From NCBI GenBank assembly GCA_963693055.1, contig OY843751.1, forward strand, positions 3,104,001-3,168,000: a stretch of DNA of 64,000 nucleotides, in the 5' to 3' direction. Shown here piece after piece: positions 55,525 through 64,000 of this stretch. The stretch's first letter is position 1. Every line of letters starts with the position of its first letter. This DNA is from a bacterium (lineage in GTDB: Bacteria > Zhuqueibacterota > Zhuqueibacteria > Residuimicrobiales > Krinioviventaceae). The position numbers and the translations under genes were made by a program. The notes beneath the pieces were generated by a model, which did no database searches, was not told the origin of the DNA, and worked only from the letters and a program-made list of their open reading frames with translations.

Positions 55525-58500
55525 ATGAAGAAAAGTGTTTTACTTTTATTGTTTTGTTTCCTTTATCTTGTCAACTGTCAACCGGATTATTCAGCATCCC
55601 GTACAGACAAACATTACACATCTTTTAAAGATTTAAAAACAGAATTCAAATCACCATCCGCATCGTACCGCACTGCCCCACTCTGGGTTTGGCATTACAA
55701 AGTTACAAATGATGAAATTGATTACAGTCTTGAAGCGCTTCATTCCCAAGGCATTGGTGGCGTATTTATACATCCACGTGCCGGCCTTGTTACCGAATAT
55801 TTATCAGATGAATGGTTTTCTTTGTACAACCATGCCATTGAAAAAGGGAAATCCTTAAACATGAATGTGTGGATTTATGATGAAAACACTTATCCCAGTG
55901 GATTTGGCGGAGGTCACGTACCTGCAGAAATGCCTGAATCTTATAACCAGGGACAGGGATTGGAAATGACCAAAGTCTCGACACTCCCTAAAGACGTGTT
56001 CACCAATTATGAACTGGTACTCAAAAAAATTGGTAACCAGTATATAGTAGTAAATTCCAATGAAAAAACGGACAAGGGTGATTACTATATATTTAAAAAA
56101 TTATACTTTAACAAGGGAAAATGGTATGGTGGGTATTCATATGTTGACCTGATTTATCCGGGTGTTACGGATAAATTTATCGAGGTCACAATGAATGGCT
56201 ACGAAAAACATATTGGAAAAGAATTTGGAAAATCCGTGCCCGGTATTTTCACTGATGAGCCCAACATCAGTACGCCCAGAAGAAAAAATTGTATTCGGTA
56301 CACACAAGACCTGTTTGAACAATTTCAAAACCGCTGGGGATACGATTTAAAACCAAACCTCCCTTCTCTTTACGAAGAAATTGGTGACTGGAGAAAAATC
56401 AGACACAACTATTATGGTTTACTGCTGGAACTGTTTATTAACCGTTGGAGCAAACCCTGGTTTGAATATACTGAACAGCACAACCTGAACTGGACTGGTC
56501 ATTATTGGGAGCATGGATGGCCGAGTCCTCATCATGGTGGTGATAATATGGCAATGTATGCCTGGCACCAGGTCCCCGCAATTGACATGCTGTTCAACAA
56601 TTTTTCCAAAACCGGTTCACAATTTGGTAACGCACGGGCAGTTAAAGAATTGAGCAGCGCGGCAAATCAAATGGGCAGGCATAGAACGTTAAGTGAAACC
56701 TATGGCGGTGCCGGTTGGGAATTAACTTTTAAAGATATGAAACGTCTTGGTGATTGGGAATATGTTCTGGGTGTTAATTTTATGAACCAGCACCTTACTT
56801 TTATGTCACTTTCGGGAGACCGTAAACATGATTATCCTCAATCGTTTTCATACCACGAACCCTGGTGGCATTTATACAAACCTCTGGCTGATCACTATGC
56901 CCGTTTATCAGTAGCTTTAGCTTCCGGTACTCAGAACAACAACATTATTATACTGGAACCTACAACTTCGGCATGGATGTACTATTCATCCATAGAATCA
57001 AACAAACGCCTGAATACAATCAAAGAAACATTTACAGAATTTATCAATTTGCTTGAACAGAATCAAATTGAATATGATCTGGGTAGTGAAAACATAATCT
57101 CACACCAGGGTTCTGTTGAAAATGGCAAATTTATTGTTGGGAAAAGAACCTATACAACTCTGGTTCTACCTCCTACCATGGACAATCTGGATTTCACAAC
57201 AGCAGATCTGTTAAAACAATTTCTAGAACAGGGTGGCAAAGTTATCAGCTATGTGGATATGCCGAAATATCTTGAAGGCGAGGCAACAGACATGTTTACT
57301 TTGTTGGCAGATGAATACAAATCAAACTGGCAGCACTATCCTAATGTGGAAACCCATATTCTTGCACTGTTGCTTCCGCAGGACATTTCATTCAAAACAG
57401 ACAATAACTCTGACAGTCTTTTATTTCACATGAGACGGCAACTGGAAGATGGGCAAATTTTGTTTATGGCAAATTCTGATCTTGAAAAAACTGCCAGGGG
57501 TACTGTAACATTAAAAGGTAAAGCTATATACGAATTAAATACATTCACAGGAGAAATCAAAAATTACAAGTACAAAATTGAGGATGGAAATCTGAATTTT
57601 AAATTTCACCTTCCCCCTGCCGGATCATTATTGTTATTTATTGATGATCAGCAAGCATCTCCATCAATGGCAGAACCATTAAAACCAGCATATAACAGAA
57701 TACAATCAAGTCCTTCAAACATCAAAAGAGAAATGCCCAACATTCTGAACCTGGACTATGTGACAGTTGATGTTCAAGGGAATCAATACAACAATATTTA
57801 TTTTGCAGATGCCGCAAAACATATTTGGCAGGCTCATGGTTTTGACAGCAATCCATGGGATAAAGCAATTCAATACAAGCAAACTATTGTTGAAAAAGAT
57901 AAATTTGGTGCAAATTCAGGGTTTAAAGCAACATACACATTTAACGTAGCTGATGACACAGATTTAAAATCTTTAAGAGCAGTCATTGAAAGACCCGAGC
58001 TCTGGCAAGTTCAAATAAATGGCAATGCTATAAATCCGGATATGGGTAAATGGTATCTTGACAGATCATTTAAAATCTATGATATCAGTAATCATGTAAA
58101 ATCCGGCAAGAATGAAATCACTCTGAATTGCAAACCCATGTCAATTCACGCAGAGTTGGAACCTATTTATATCATTGGCAATTTCAACCTTGAATCAGCT
58201 TCTCAAGGGTGGGATATTTATCCATCCAAGGACATTCAAATGGGCAGTTGGAAAAATCAAGGTTTGCCCTTTTATGGGCAGGGTATGAGTTATGAAAAAA
58301 CATTAACTGCAGACTCGAAAAAAGGCTATAAAATCAAATTGAATGACTGGCAGGGAACTGTAGTTGAGGTCAAAGTAAATGACAAACATGCAGGCATAAT
58401 TGGCTGGGAACCTTGCGAACTGGAAATCACTCCGTATATTAAACCGGGAGAAAATAAAATCTCTGTTATTGTATATGGCTCATTAAAAAACACACTGGGG

Positions 58501-58644
58501 CCACATCACAATTATAAACGTAATGGCATTGTATCTCCTGGTAATTTCAAATCATCACCAGATGAGCAGTCTGCTGGAACAGAATACGATCTATTAGATT
58601 ATGGTCTGTTAGAGGATTATGAAATTCTTACCGCAAATAAATAA
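55525..58644 (+). CDS. Glycoside hydrolase lipoprotein (GH106/alpha-L-rhamnosidase-like)
   Basis: Lipobox LVNC, APLWVW, GIGGVFIHPR.GL..EYLS, WIYDE..YPSG, FTDEP, SETYG, C-terminal sugar-binding beta domains. Confidence 0.75.
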   Translation: MKKSVLLLLFCFLYLVNCQPDYSASRTDKHYTSFKDLKTEFKSPSASYRTAPLWVWHYKVTNDEIDYSLEALHSQGIGGVFIHPRAGLVTEYLSDEWFSLYNHAIEKGKSLNMNVWIYDENTYPSGFGGGHVPAEMPESYNQGQGLEMTKVSTLPKDVFTNYELVLKKIGNQYIVVNSNEKTDKGDYYIFKKLYFNKGKWYGGYSYVDLIYPGVTDKFIEVTMNGYEKHIGKEFGKSVPGIFTDEPNISTPRRKNCIRYTQDLFEQFQNRWGYDLKPNLPSLYEEIGDWRKIRHNYYGLLLELFINRWSKPWFEYTEQHNLNWTGHYWEHGWPSPHHGGDNMAMYAWHQVPAIDMLFNNFSKTGSQFGNARAVKELSSAANQMGRHRTLSETYGGAGWELTFKDMKRLGDWEYVLGVNFMNQHLTFMSLSGDRKHDYPQSFSYHEPWWHLYKPLADHYARLSVALASGTQNNNIIILEPTTSAWMYYSSIESNKRLNTIKETFTEFINLLEQNQIEYDLGSENIISHQGSVENGKFIVGKRTYTTLVLPPTMDNLDFTTADLLKQFLEQGGKVISYVDMPKYLEGEATDMFTLLADEYKSNWQHYPNVETHILALLLPQDISFKTDNNSDSLLFHMRRQLEDGQILFMANSDLEKTARGTVTLKGKAIYELNTFTGEIKNYKYKIEDGNLNFKFHLPPAGSLLLFIDDQQASPSMAEPLKPAYNRIQSSPSNIKREMPNILNLDYVTVDVQGNQYNNIYFADAAKHIWQAHGFDSNPWDKAIQYKQTIVEKDKFGANSGFKATYTFNVADDTDLKSLRAVIERPELWQVQINGNAINPDMGKWYLDRSFKIYDISNHVKSGKNEITLNCKPMSIHAELEPIYIIGNFNLESASQGWDIYPSKDIQMGSWKNQGLPFYGQGMSYEKTLTADSKKGYKIKLNDWQGTVVEVKVNDKHAGIIGWEPCELEITPYIKPGENKISVIVYGSLKNTLGPHHNYKRNGIVSPGNFKSSPDEQSAGTEYDLLDYGLLEDYEILTANK

Positions 58645-58645
58645 T

Positions 58646-58679
58646 AAAAAAAGGCTGATATAAATCAGCCTTTTTTTTT
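58646..58679. terminator. Bidirectional intrinsic terminator
   Basis: A7-GGCTGAT-ataa-ATCAGCC-T9 between convergent genes. Confidence 0.9.
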
Positions 58680-58695
58680 ACTACATGTATACAAA

Positions 58696-60084
58696 TCAAT
58701 GTATCAAAGTTTTTTCAATTACTTCCAAAGATTTACCACGTGTTTCAGGGAGCTGCTTGTAAATGAATAAAAATCCTATCACACAAATAATAGCATAAAT
58801 CCAAAATGTAAATGATGCACCCAGATTTTTATTCAAGATTGGAAACGTATAAGTAAGAACAAAACAAGCAGACCACAAGGCAAAAACAGCAACAGACATT
58901 GCTGCACCACGTATCCGGTTGGGGAAAATTTCAGAAATAATAACCCAGGTAACTGGTGCAAGTGACATTGCATAACAGGCAATAGCAAGTACAACCAGAA
59001 TCAGCATATGTACTCCCTGGCTTCCCATAAAGTAACCGCTACCTAACAATAAATAAACCCCGGCTAATCCTGCTGAACCGGTAAGCATTAATGCACGTCT
59101 TCCCCATTTATCAACCGTATAAATTGCGACAAAGGTAAACAAAACATTTACCGTACCGGTGATAACAATATTCAGTAATATATCGCTAACACCATAGCCT
59201 GCCTGGGAAAATATTTCTTCAGCATAATTAAAGATGACATTAATACCACACCATTGTTGAAAAACTGCAAGAAATACACCAATACCAACAATTTTAAGCA
59301 CACCCGGTTCTAACAGGTCTTTAAACCTAACGGTTTTTATCTCATCTTTTAAGGATGCCTGAATCTCCTTTAATGATAAATACGCATACTCGTCACCACC
59401 AATTTTCTTTAAAATAGCAAGCGCTTGTGTTTTATTGGCATTTTTCACCAGCCACCGGGGACTCTCAGGAATAAGAAACATGAAAAGAAAAAACAACATT
59501 GCAGGTACGGTTTCCGCTCCAAACATCCAACGCCAACCGGTTTGTCCGTTCCAGGAATTCAAAATATATTCTGTAGATGCGTCTTGAGGTACAGGCTGGG
59601 CTATTAACCAATTTGCTATCTGCGCACCCAAAATACCCAGCACAATGGTTAGCTGGTTTATGGAAACAAACCGTCCTCTCATTGAAGCAGGTGAAATTTC
59701 AGCAATATACATAGGAGAAAGATTTGACGCCAAACCAATGCCAACCCCACCTATCAATCGAAAAATGATAAACAGGTTAAAGGAGTGACAAAGTGCAGTA
59801 CCTATAGCAGAAACAGTAAATAAAAAAGCAGCAATTAATAAAAGCAGCTTGCGTCCATATTTATCGCTCAATCCGCCAGAAATTAAAGATCCCGCCAGGC
59901 AGCCGGCAAGTGCGCTGCTCATTGCCCATCCCACCTGAAATGAAGTTGTTAAATTGAAAAATTTTTCGTAAAAAGGTTTTGCACCGCCAATTACCACCCA
60001 GTCATAACCAAACAGCAATCCACCCATTGCAGCAGTCAAAGAAATCAGCCAGACATAGCGCAGGTTAATTGATTTTTCATTCAT
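58696..60084 (-). CDS. Sugar porter family MFS transporter (XylE/AraE-like)
   Basis: GGLLFGYD, DKYGRK, PESPRWL, FQQWCGINVIFNY, SEIFP, PETRGKSLE. Confidence 0.95.
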   Translation of the reverse strand: MNEKSINLRYVWLISLTAAMGGLLFGYDWVVIGGAKPFYEKFFNLTTSFQVGWAMSSALAGCLAGSLISGGLSDKYGRKLLLLIAAFLFTVSAIGTALCHSFNLFIIFRLIGGVGIGLASNLSPMYIAEISPASMRGRFVSINQLTIVLGILGAQIANWLIAQPVPQDASTEYILNSWNGQTGWRWMFGAETVPAMLFFLFMFLIPESPRWLVKNANKTQALAILKKIGGDEYAYLSLKEIQASLKDEIKTVRFKDLLEPGVLKIVGIGVFLAVFQQWCGINVIFNYAEEIFSQAGYGVSDILLNIVITGTVNVLFTFVAIYTVDKWGRRALMLTGSAGLAGVYLLLGSGYFMGSQGVHMLILVVLAIACYAMSLAPVTWVIISEIFPNRIRGAAMSVAVFALWSACFVLTYTFPILNKNLGASFTFWIYAIICVIGFLFIYKQLPETRGKSLEVIEKTLIH

Positions 60085-60152
60085 GTTTGCATCCGTGATT
60101 TTCTGTAATTAAGGGAGATCATAATTTATACTATACACAAAATATCACAAAT

Positions 60153-60183
60153 AAAAAAGGGCAAAATGTGATCATTTTGCCCT
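60153..60183 (-). terminator. Intrinsic terminator after the M16 peptidase gene
   Basis: Minus strand AGGGCAAAATG-atca-CATTTTGCCCT followed by T5. Confidence 0.8.
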
Positions 60184-60197
60184 GGATTAACATTTAT

Positions 60198-63011
60198 TTA
60201 TTCTTTTTCAGGATACAATATCACTTTAATATAGTGGTCTTTATGTAAATATTGCTGTGCTGCTCTTTGAATATCCTCAGCTTTTAACGATTTGATTCGA
60301 TCTTCCTGTTTAAGCATATCTGTAAGCGGCAATTGGTCTAAATGATAACTGAACATATTACTTAACCAGTAACCATTTTCTTTTAGATTGACCTCAAGAT
60401 CTCTCAAATCTGTTTCTCTGATCTTAACCAGGTACTTTTCATCAGGGCCAAATGATTTAACACTATCCAATTGTGTAAATATAGCCTGTGTCAATTCATC
60501 AACACGTTCTGGATCACATCCTAAACTGATAGTAAATTGGTACTGCTCTTTGGGGATATGAGCCGTACTTGCAGATACACGAACACCATATGTACCACCT
60601 TTATCTTCGCGAATAACCTCACGGAGTTTAATTCGTAGCATATCAGCAAGCGCACCTATTTCAAACTGATTTTGTTTAGACCAGTCAAATTCACCCGTAA
60701 AAACAATAGCAACACGGCTCTTGGGTTCCAGTCCTTTATAGACTGCTTTTTCTACCACACCCTCAGGAGCAGTAACGCCTTTATCCTCCCAACTTTCAGT
60801 ACCGGGTTTGGCTGGCAGATTTGCTAAATAGGTTGCTGACAATTTCTTTAATTGATCAAGATCTAAATTGCCTACAAAAAAGAATACAAAATCATCCGTA
60901 TCTGCAAAGCGTTCTTTATAAAATTCCATAGACTTGTCAAGATCCATTTCTTTCATTATATCTAGTGTCCAGGGACGAGCACGATAATGATGATTAGCCA
61001 AGGTTACCTGTAATGTATCTTGGTAGGCGGCTTCAGGTTGGGCACTGCGGTTTTCAAGATACCCTTTCATTTTGGTCTGATAGGCCTGAAATGCAGTTGT
61101 GTCTTTACGGGGTGATGTAATATGTAAATAAATCAACTGGAACATGGTTTCAAGATCTTCCGGAGAAGCGCTACCCGCAATACCTTCGGCATTCGTTCCT
61201 ATCCACGGGCCTACACTAACCACCTTACCAGCCAGCATTTTTTGCATTGTAATTTTGTCAAATTTACCGGCTCCACCCTCTGTTACAACAGTGGAAGCTG
61301 TAGAAGCAGAAACAAAGTTGTCTTTATCCGAATGAGAATCGCCGCCATAACTATACGCGTTAAACTGGACTTCATCATTTTTAAAGTCTGTTTTCTTGGC
61401 ATAAACTGTTATACCATTAGAAAGCTTGAAAACATCTATTCCCAGCTCGTCAATTCGACTTTCTTCAACAATACTACCCGGTTCTGGTAGATCCGCAACC
61501 AGAGGTTCATCAGAAACATTGTCTACATATGCTTCAAGCTTTTGTGAATCGGTTTTCTCAAAAATTGAGGATAATTGTTCTTCCGAAGGTATGCTTAATT
61601 CAGATTTTTCAGGTGCATCAACAAGTACAACTCTGTTATTTTTAGTCAACCATTTTTCAGCAATAGCATTTACTTCATCAAGCGTTACACCATCAATGTA
61701 TTTTTGAGCGAGTGCATATTCATACGCTATACCGGGGATGGGTTCTCCCTGCAAAAAATTACGAGTATATTCCTGTGCGTAACGAGAGGATTCTGTTTTA
61801 TCTCTTTCAAGATATGATTTTTCAAGATAACGTAATATATCTTTTTTTGATCGTTCAAGTTCAGTATCAGTAAAACCAAATTGTCTTACTCGGTTTGCCT
61901 CTGTGAGCAGTGCTTCCATTCCCTTTTCTATACCATCTTCGGAAACAAGGGCACCCATAAAATAAACACCTTTGGTGCGAACCATTTCTCCTTCAGATGA
62001 AAACCCATACAAGAAAGGGGGCTCAGCCTGTTGGGTCAGTTCTTCAAGGCGAGTGTTTAACATATTATTATATAAAGATTCCACCAGTCCCTGACGGTAA
62101 TCTCTGACTGTGTTATCAGTCTCTAATTCATGTTTATAATACAATCTCACAATTGTACGAGTTGCTTCAGGGTCAGTTGCAATTGAAAACAAGGTTTCCG
62201 TATGATCAGGAATTTGAGACAGCTCTCTCTTTTTTTCATCCTTTAACGGAGGAATATTGGCAAAATGTTTTTCAATTAAACTTTTGATCCAGGTTTCATC
62301 AAAATCACCAACAGCAATGACTGCCATTAAATCAGGTCTGTACCAATCTTTGTAAAAGGAAACCAGTTTTTCATGTTCAAAATTTTCCAAAATATCCAGT
62401 TTTCCAATGGGTAAACGGCTGGCGTACTTTGAACCTTGATAGAGAATGGGTTGGTGTTTATCAAACATTCTTGCGTTTGCACCTCGTCCCAGTCGCCATT
62501 CTTCAATAATAACTCCCCGCTCTTTATCAATTTCTTCCGGTTCAAAACTTATATTTTGAGACCAATCATGTAAAATTTGAAAAGCAGTTTCCACAATTTC
62601 CACGCTATCAGTAGGGATATTGAGCATATATACGGTTTCATCAAAACTTGTATATGCATTTATTTCAGGGCCAAACTGCATACCAATGGATTCAAGATAG
62701 TCTATCAATTCGTGTTTTTTGAAATTTTCAGTTCCATTAAATGCCATGTGCTCACAAAAATGAGCAAGTCCCTGCTGATCATCATTCTCAAGAATAGAAC
62801 CTGCATTTACTACCAGGAACAATTGCGCTCTGTTTTCTGGCTTTTTATTGTTGCGAATGTAAAAAGTCAAACCATTTTCAAATTTACCTTTTGTAATAGA
62901 TGGCTGAACAGGAATTTCATCATCCAGGTTAAACGAATAATTGTCTAATGATTGAGAAAACACAATCCCATACAAAAACAAAAAAACAAACAACAGTACA
63001 AACTTTTTCAT
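60198..63011 (-). CDS. M16 family zinc protease (PqqL-like)
   Basis: Signal peptide, GLAHFCEHMAFNG (HxxEH), NAYTSFDETVY, ERGVIIEEWR, four-domain insulinase layout. Confidence 0.93.
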   Translation of the reverse strand: MKKFVLLFVFLFLYGIVFSQSLDNYSFNLDDEIPVQPSITKGKFENGLTFYIRNNKKPENRAQLFLVVNAGSILENDDQQGLAHFCEHMAFNGTENFKKHELIDYLESIGMQFGPEINAYTSFDETVYMLNIPTDSVEIVETAFQILHDWSQNISFEPEEIDKERGVIIEEWRLGRGANARMFDKHQPILYQGSKYASRLPIGKLDILENFEHEKLVSFYKDWYRPDLMAVIAVGDFDETWIKSLIEKHFANIPPLKDEKKRELSQIPDHTETLFSIATDPEATRTIVRLYYKHELETDNTVRDYRQGLVESLYNNMLNTRLEELTQQAEPPFLYGFSSEGEMVRTKGVYFMGALVSEDGIEKGMEALLTEANRVRQFGFTDTELERSKKDILRYLEKSYLERDKTESSRYAQEYTRNFLQGEPIPGIAYEYALAQKYIDGVTLDEVNAIAEKWLTKNNRVVLVDAPEKSELSIPSEEQLSSIFEKTDSQKLEAYVDNVSDEPLVADLPEPGSIVEESRIDELGIDVFKLSNGITVYAKKTDFKNDEVQFNAYSYGGDSHSDKDNFVSASTASTVVTEGGAGKFDKITMQKMLAGKVVSVGPWIGTNAEGIAGSASPEDLETMFQLIYLHITSPRKDTTAFQAYQTKMKGYLENRSAQPEAAYQDTLQVTLANHHYRARPWTLDIMKEMDLDKSMEFYKERFADTDDFVFFFVGNLDLDQLKKLSATYLANLPAKPGTESWEDKGVTAPEGVVEKAVYKGLEPKSRVAIVFTGEFDWSKQNQFEIGALADMLRIKLREVIREDKGGTYGVRVSASTAHIPKEQYQFTISLGCDPERVDELTQAIFTQLDSVKSFGPDEKYLVKIRETDLRDLEVNLKENGYWLSNMFSYHLDQLPLTDMLKQEDRIKSLKAEDIQRAAQQYLHKDHYIKVILYPEKE

Positions 63012-63128
63012 AATCTGTCCTTATCTTTATTATTCTATAGAACAAAGGTGTAAACAAAATAATTTAAAAATTATTTATAAATTATATGGCAGAAACAGCA
63101 AATTGTTTCATCCCCGAATCGATTATTT

Positions 63129-63305
63129 TCAGGTTTTATTCTTGGGCGAATGCAAAACACACGGTTTTCCGGACGATTGCAAAACTTCTATTGAAGGGAT
63201 TTTTTTTGATTTTATTTTAAATGCTTTACAGCCATAAGGGAATTGCTTGTCCCAGGTAATATAGAAATGAATACATTGATAGCAGTTGGGAGATTTTTGA
63301 TTCAT
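63129..63305 (-). CDS. Small Cys-rich conserved hypothetical protein (58 aa)
   Basis: CYQCIHFYITWDKQFPYGC...KS...PS..V..SSG..C. Four Cys, probably metal-binding. Confidence 0.65.
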   Translation of the reverse strand: MNQKSPNCYQCIHFYITWDKQFPYGCKAFKIKSKKIPSIEVLQSSGKPCVLHSPKNKT

Positions 63306-63315
63306 AGTTTTAAAC

Positions 63316-63351
63316 AAAAAAACGCCCATTCAATTAAATTGAGGGCGTTTT
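63316..63351 (-). terminator. Terminator after flgM
   Basis: Minus strand AAAACGCCC-TCAAT...ATTGA-at-GGGCG followed by T7. Confidence 0.75.
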
Positions 63352-63377
63352 AAAAATTTAATTTATGTAAACAACCA

Positions 63378-63761
63378 TTATATATTATGGTCAATTTTCT
63401 TTACATCGTTAACCATCATTTTAGATACAGAGTCTAACACATCATCAGTATCATAAAATCCCTGGCTTACTTTTTCTTTAATCTCTTCAATACGTTCAGC
63501 AGAAACAGAAGCTTCCGGTGAAACATTTGTTAAAACAGGTGCTGAGGTATCTTCACTTGTGTTAATATGCAGACTATAGGCAGACGTTACCCTGTCAGTA
63601 TTTGCCTGTCTACTTGAAGTATTACCACTAATCTCAACACGATCTTTTAATGAAGATGATTTGGGAGCCTCTTCACTATTACTGGTTTTTTTATCCTTGA
63701 TATCATTATTATTCGTGTTATCAGGATTAAAAATGCGAGTGTTATTGGAATTAATTTTCAT
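63378..63761 (-). CDS. flgM: Anti-sigma-28 factor FlgM
   Basis: MKIN start, low-complexity N-terminus, DRVEIS motif, ERIEEIKEKVSQGFY C-terminal motif. Confidence 0.75.
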   Translation of the reverse strand: MKINSNNTRIFNPDNTNNNDIKDKKTSNSEEAPKSSSLKDRVEISGNTSSRQANTDRVTSAYSLHINTSEDTSAPVLTNVSPEASVSAERIEEIKEKVSQGFYDTDDVLDSVSKMMVNDVKKIDHNI

Positions 63762-63779
63762 AATATACAACCCAAATGA

Positions 63780-64000
63780 TTAAACATTAAACTCTATCGA
63801 TGAGTGCTCACCATGTAAAGCTTTAAAGGTCTGCATCATTTTGGTACCGGTCCGTGCCTGTTTCAATGAATGAGCATTTTCTTGTAACAATTGCTTAGAT
63901 GAGACAAAAAGTTTATCTAATTTCACCTTGTTCTTATTTGTCTGATCTTTTATATCTTTGATTAAAGATAATATATATGAATTAAAAATACCAGTATTAT
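63780..64000 (-). CDS. Partial helical protein, possibly a flagellar export chaperone (FlgN/FliT-like); 5' end outside the window
   Basis: Manual translation open to the window edge: NTGIFNSYILSLIKDIKDQTNKNKVKLDKLFVSSKQLLQENAHSLKQARTGTKMMQTFKALHGEHSSIEFNV*. Lies next to flgM. Confidence 0.4.
   Translation of the reverse strand, partial: NTGIFNSYILSLIKDIKDQTNKNKVKLDKLFVSSKQLLQENAHSLKQARTGTKMMQTFKALHGEHSSIEFNV

Noticed and set aside
1107-62948. Many 60-180 aa alternative-frame and antisense ORFs in the track (e.g. 1107-1661, 16436-16846, 25984-26493, 38839-39339, 44092-44478)
   Set aside because: They overlap well-supported genes, have no recognisable motifs and look like shadow ORFs.
63790-63830. 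Sigma28 promoter upstream of flgM (TAAAG...ATCGATAG)
   Set aside because: The spacing between the TAAA and CGAT boxes is about 5 nt longer than consensus, so it is not supportable.
1-64000. CRISPR arrays, tRNA/rRNA genes, IS elements, integrases, prophage genes
   Set aside because: No regularly spaced direct repeats, cloverleaf or rRNA-like segments, or transposase/integrase/phage motifs seen. Intergenic gaps are short and mostly explained by terminators and promoters.

Overview
An AT-rich, gene-dense bacterial chromosome segment of about 55 CDS. I found no rRNA, tRNA, CRISPR array or mobile element. QNYPNPFNP/FlgD-type C-terminal sorting domains, TonB and beta-barrel proteins, D-S/T-hydrophobic motifs in exported proteins and clear Shine-Dalgarno use suggest a diderm FCB-superphylum lineage such as KSB1 or Calditrichota (inference). 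Housekeeping genes include pyrK, pyrD, rlpA, cdsA, rubredoxin, queA, pruA, glgB, mntP, an mdlAB-like ABC pair, a pqqL-like protease and flgM. Five loci stand out. (1) An 8-gene minus-strand cluster (32300-40151) behind a sigma54-type promoter. It resembles a non-canonical chaperone-usher pilus, headed by a sorting-domain surface protein and followed directly by a eukaryote-like protein arginine methyltransferase (PRMT) homolog and a GNAT. (2) A three-gene operon encoding a Ddl-like ATP-grasp ligase fused to a degenerate M20 peptidase, a gamma-glutamyltransferase and an N-formylglutamate amidohydrolase. (3) A NikR-operator-controlled TonB receptor / solitary ECF S-component / methyltransferase operon. 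(4) A roughly 78-nt promoter-and-terminator-bounded structured RNA with two C6 tracts (22588-22665). (5) Three candidate sigma54 promoters, all in front of envelope or secreted-protein genes. All calls come from motif reading, not database searches.
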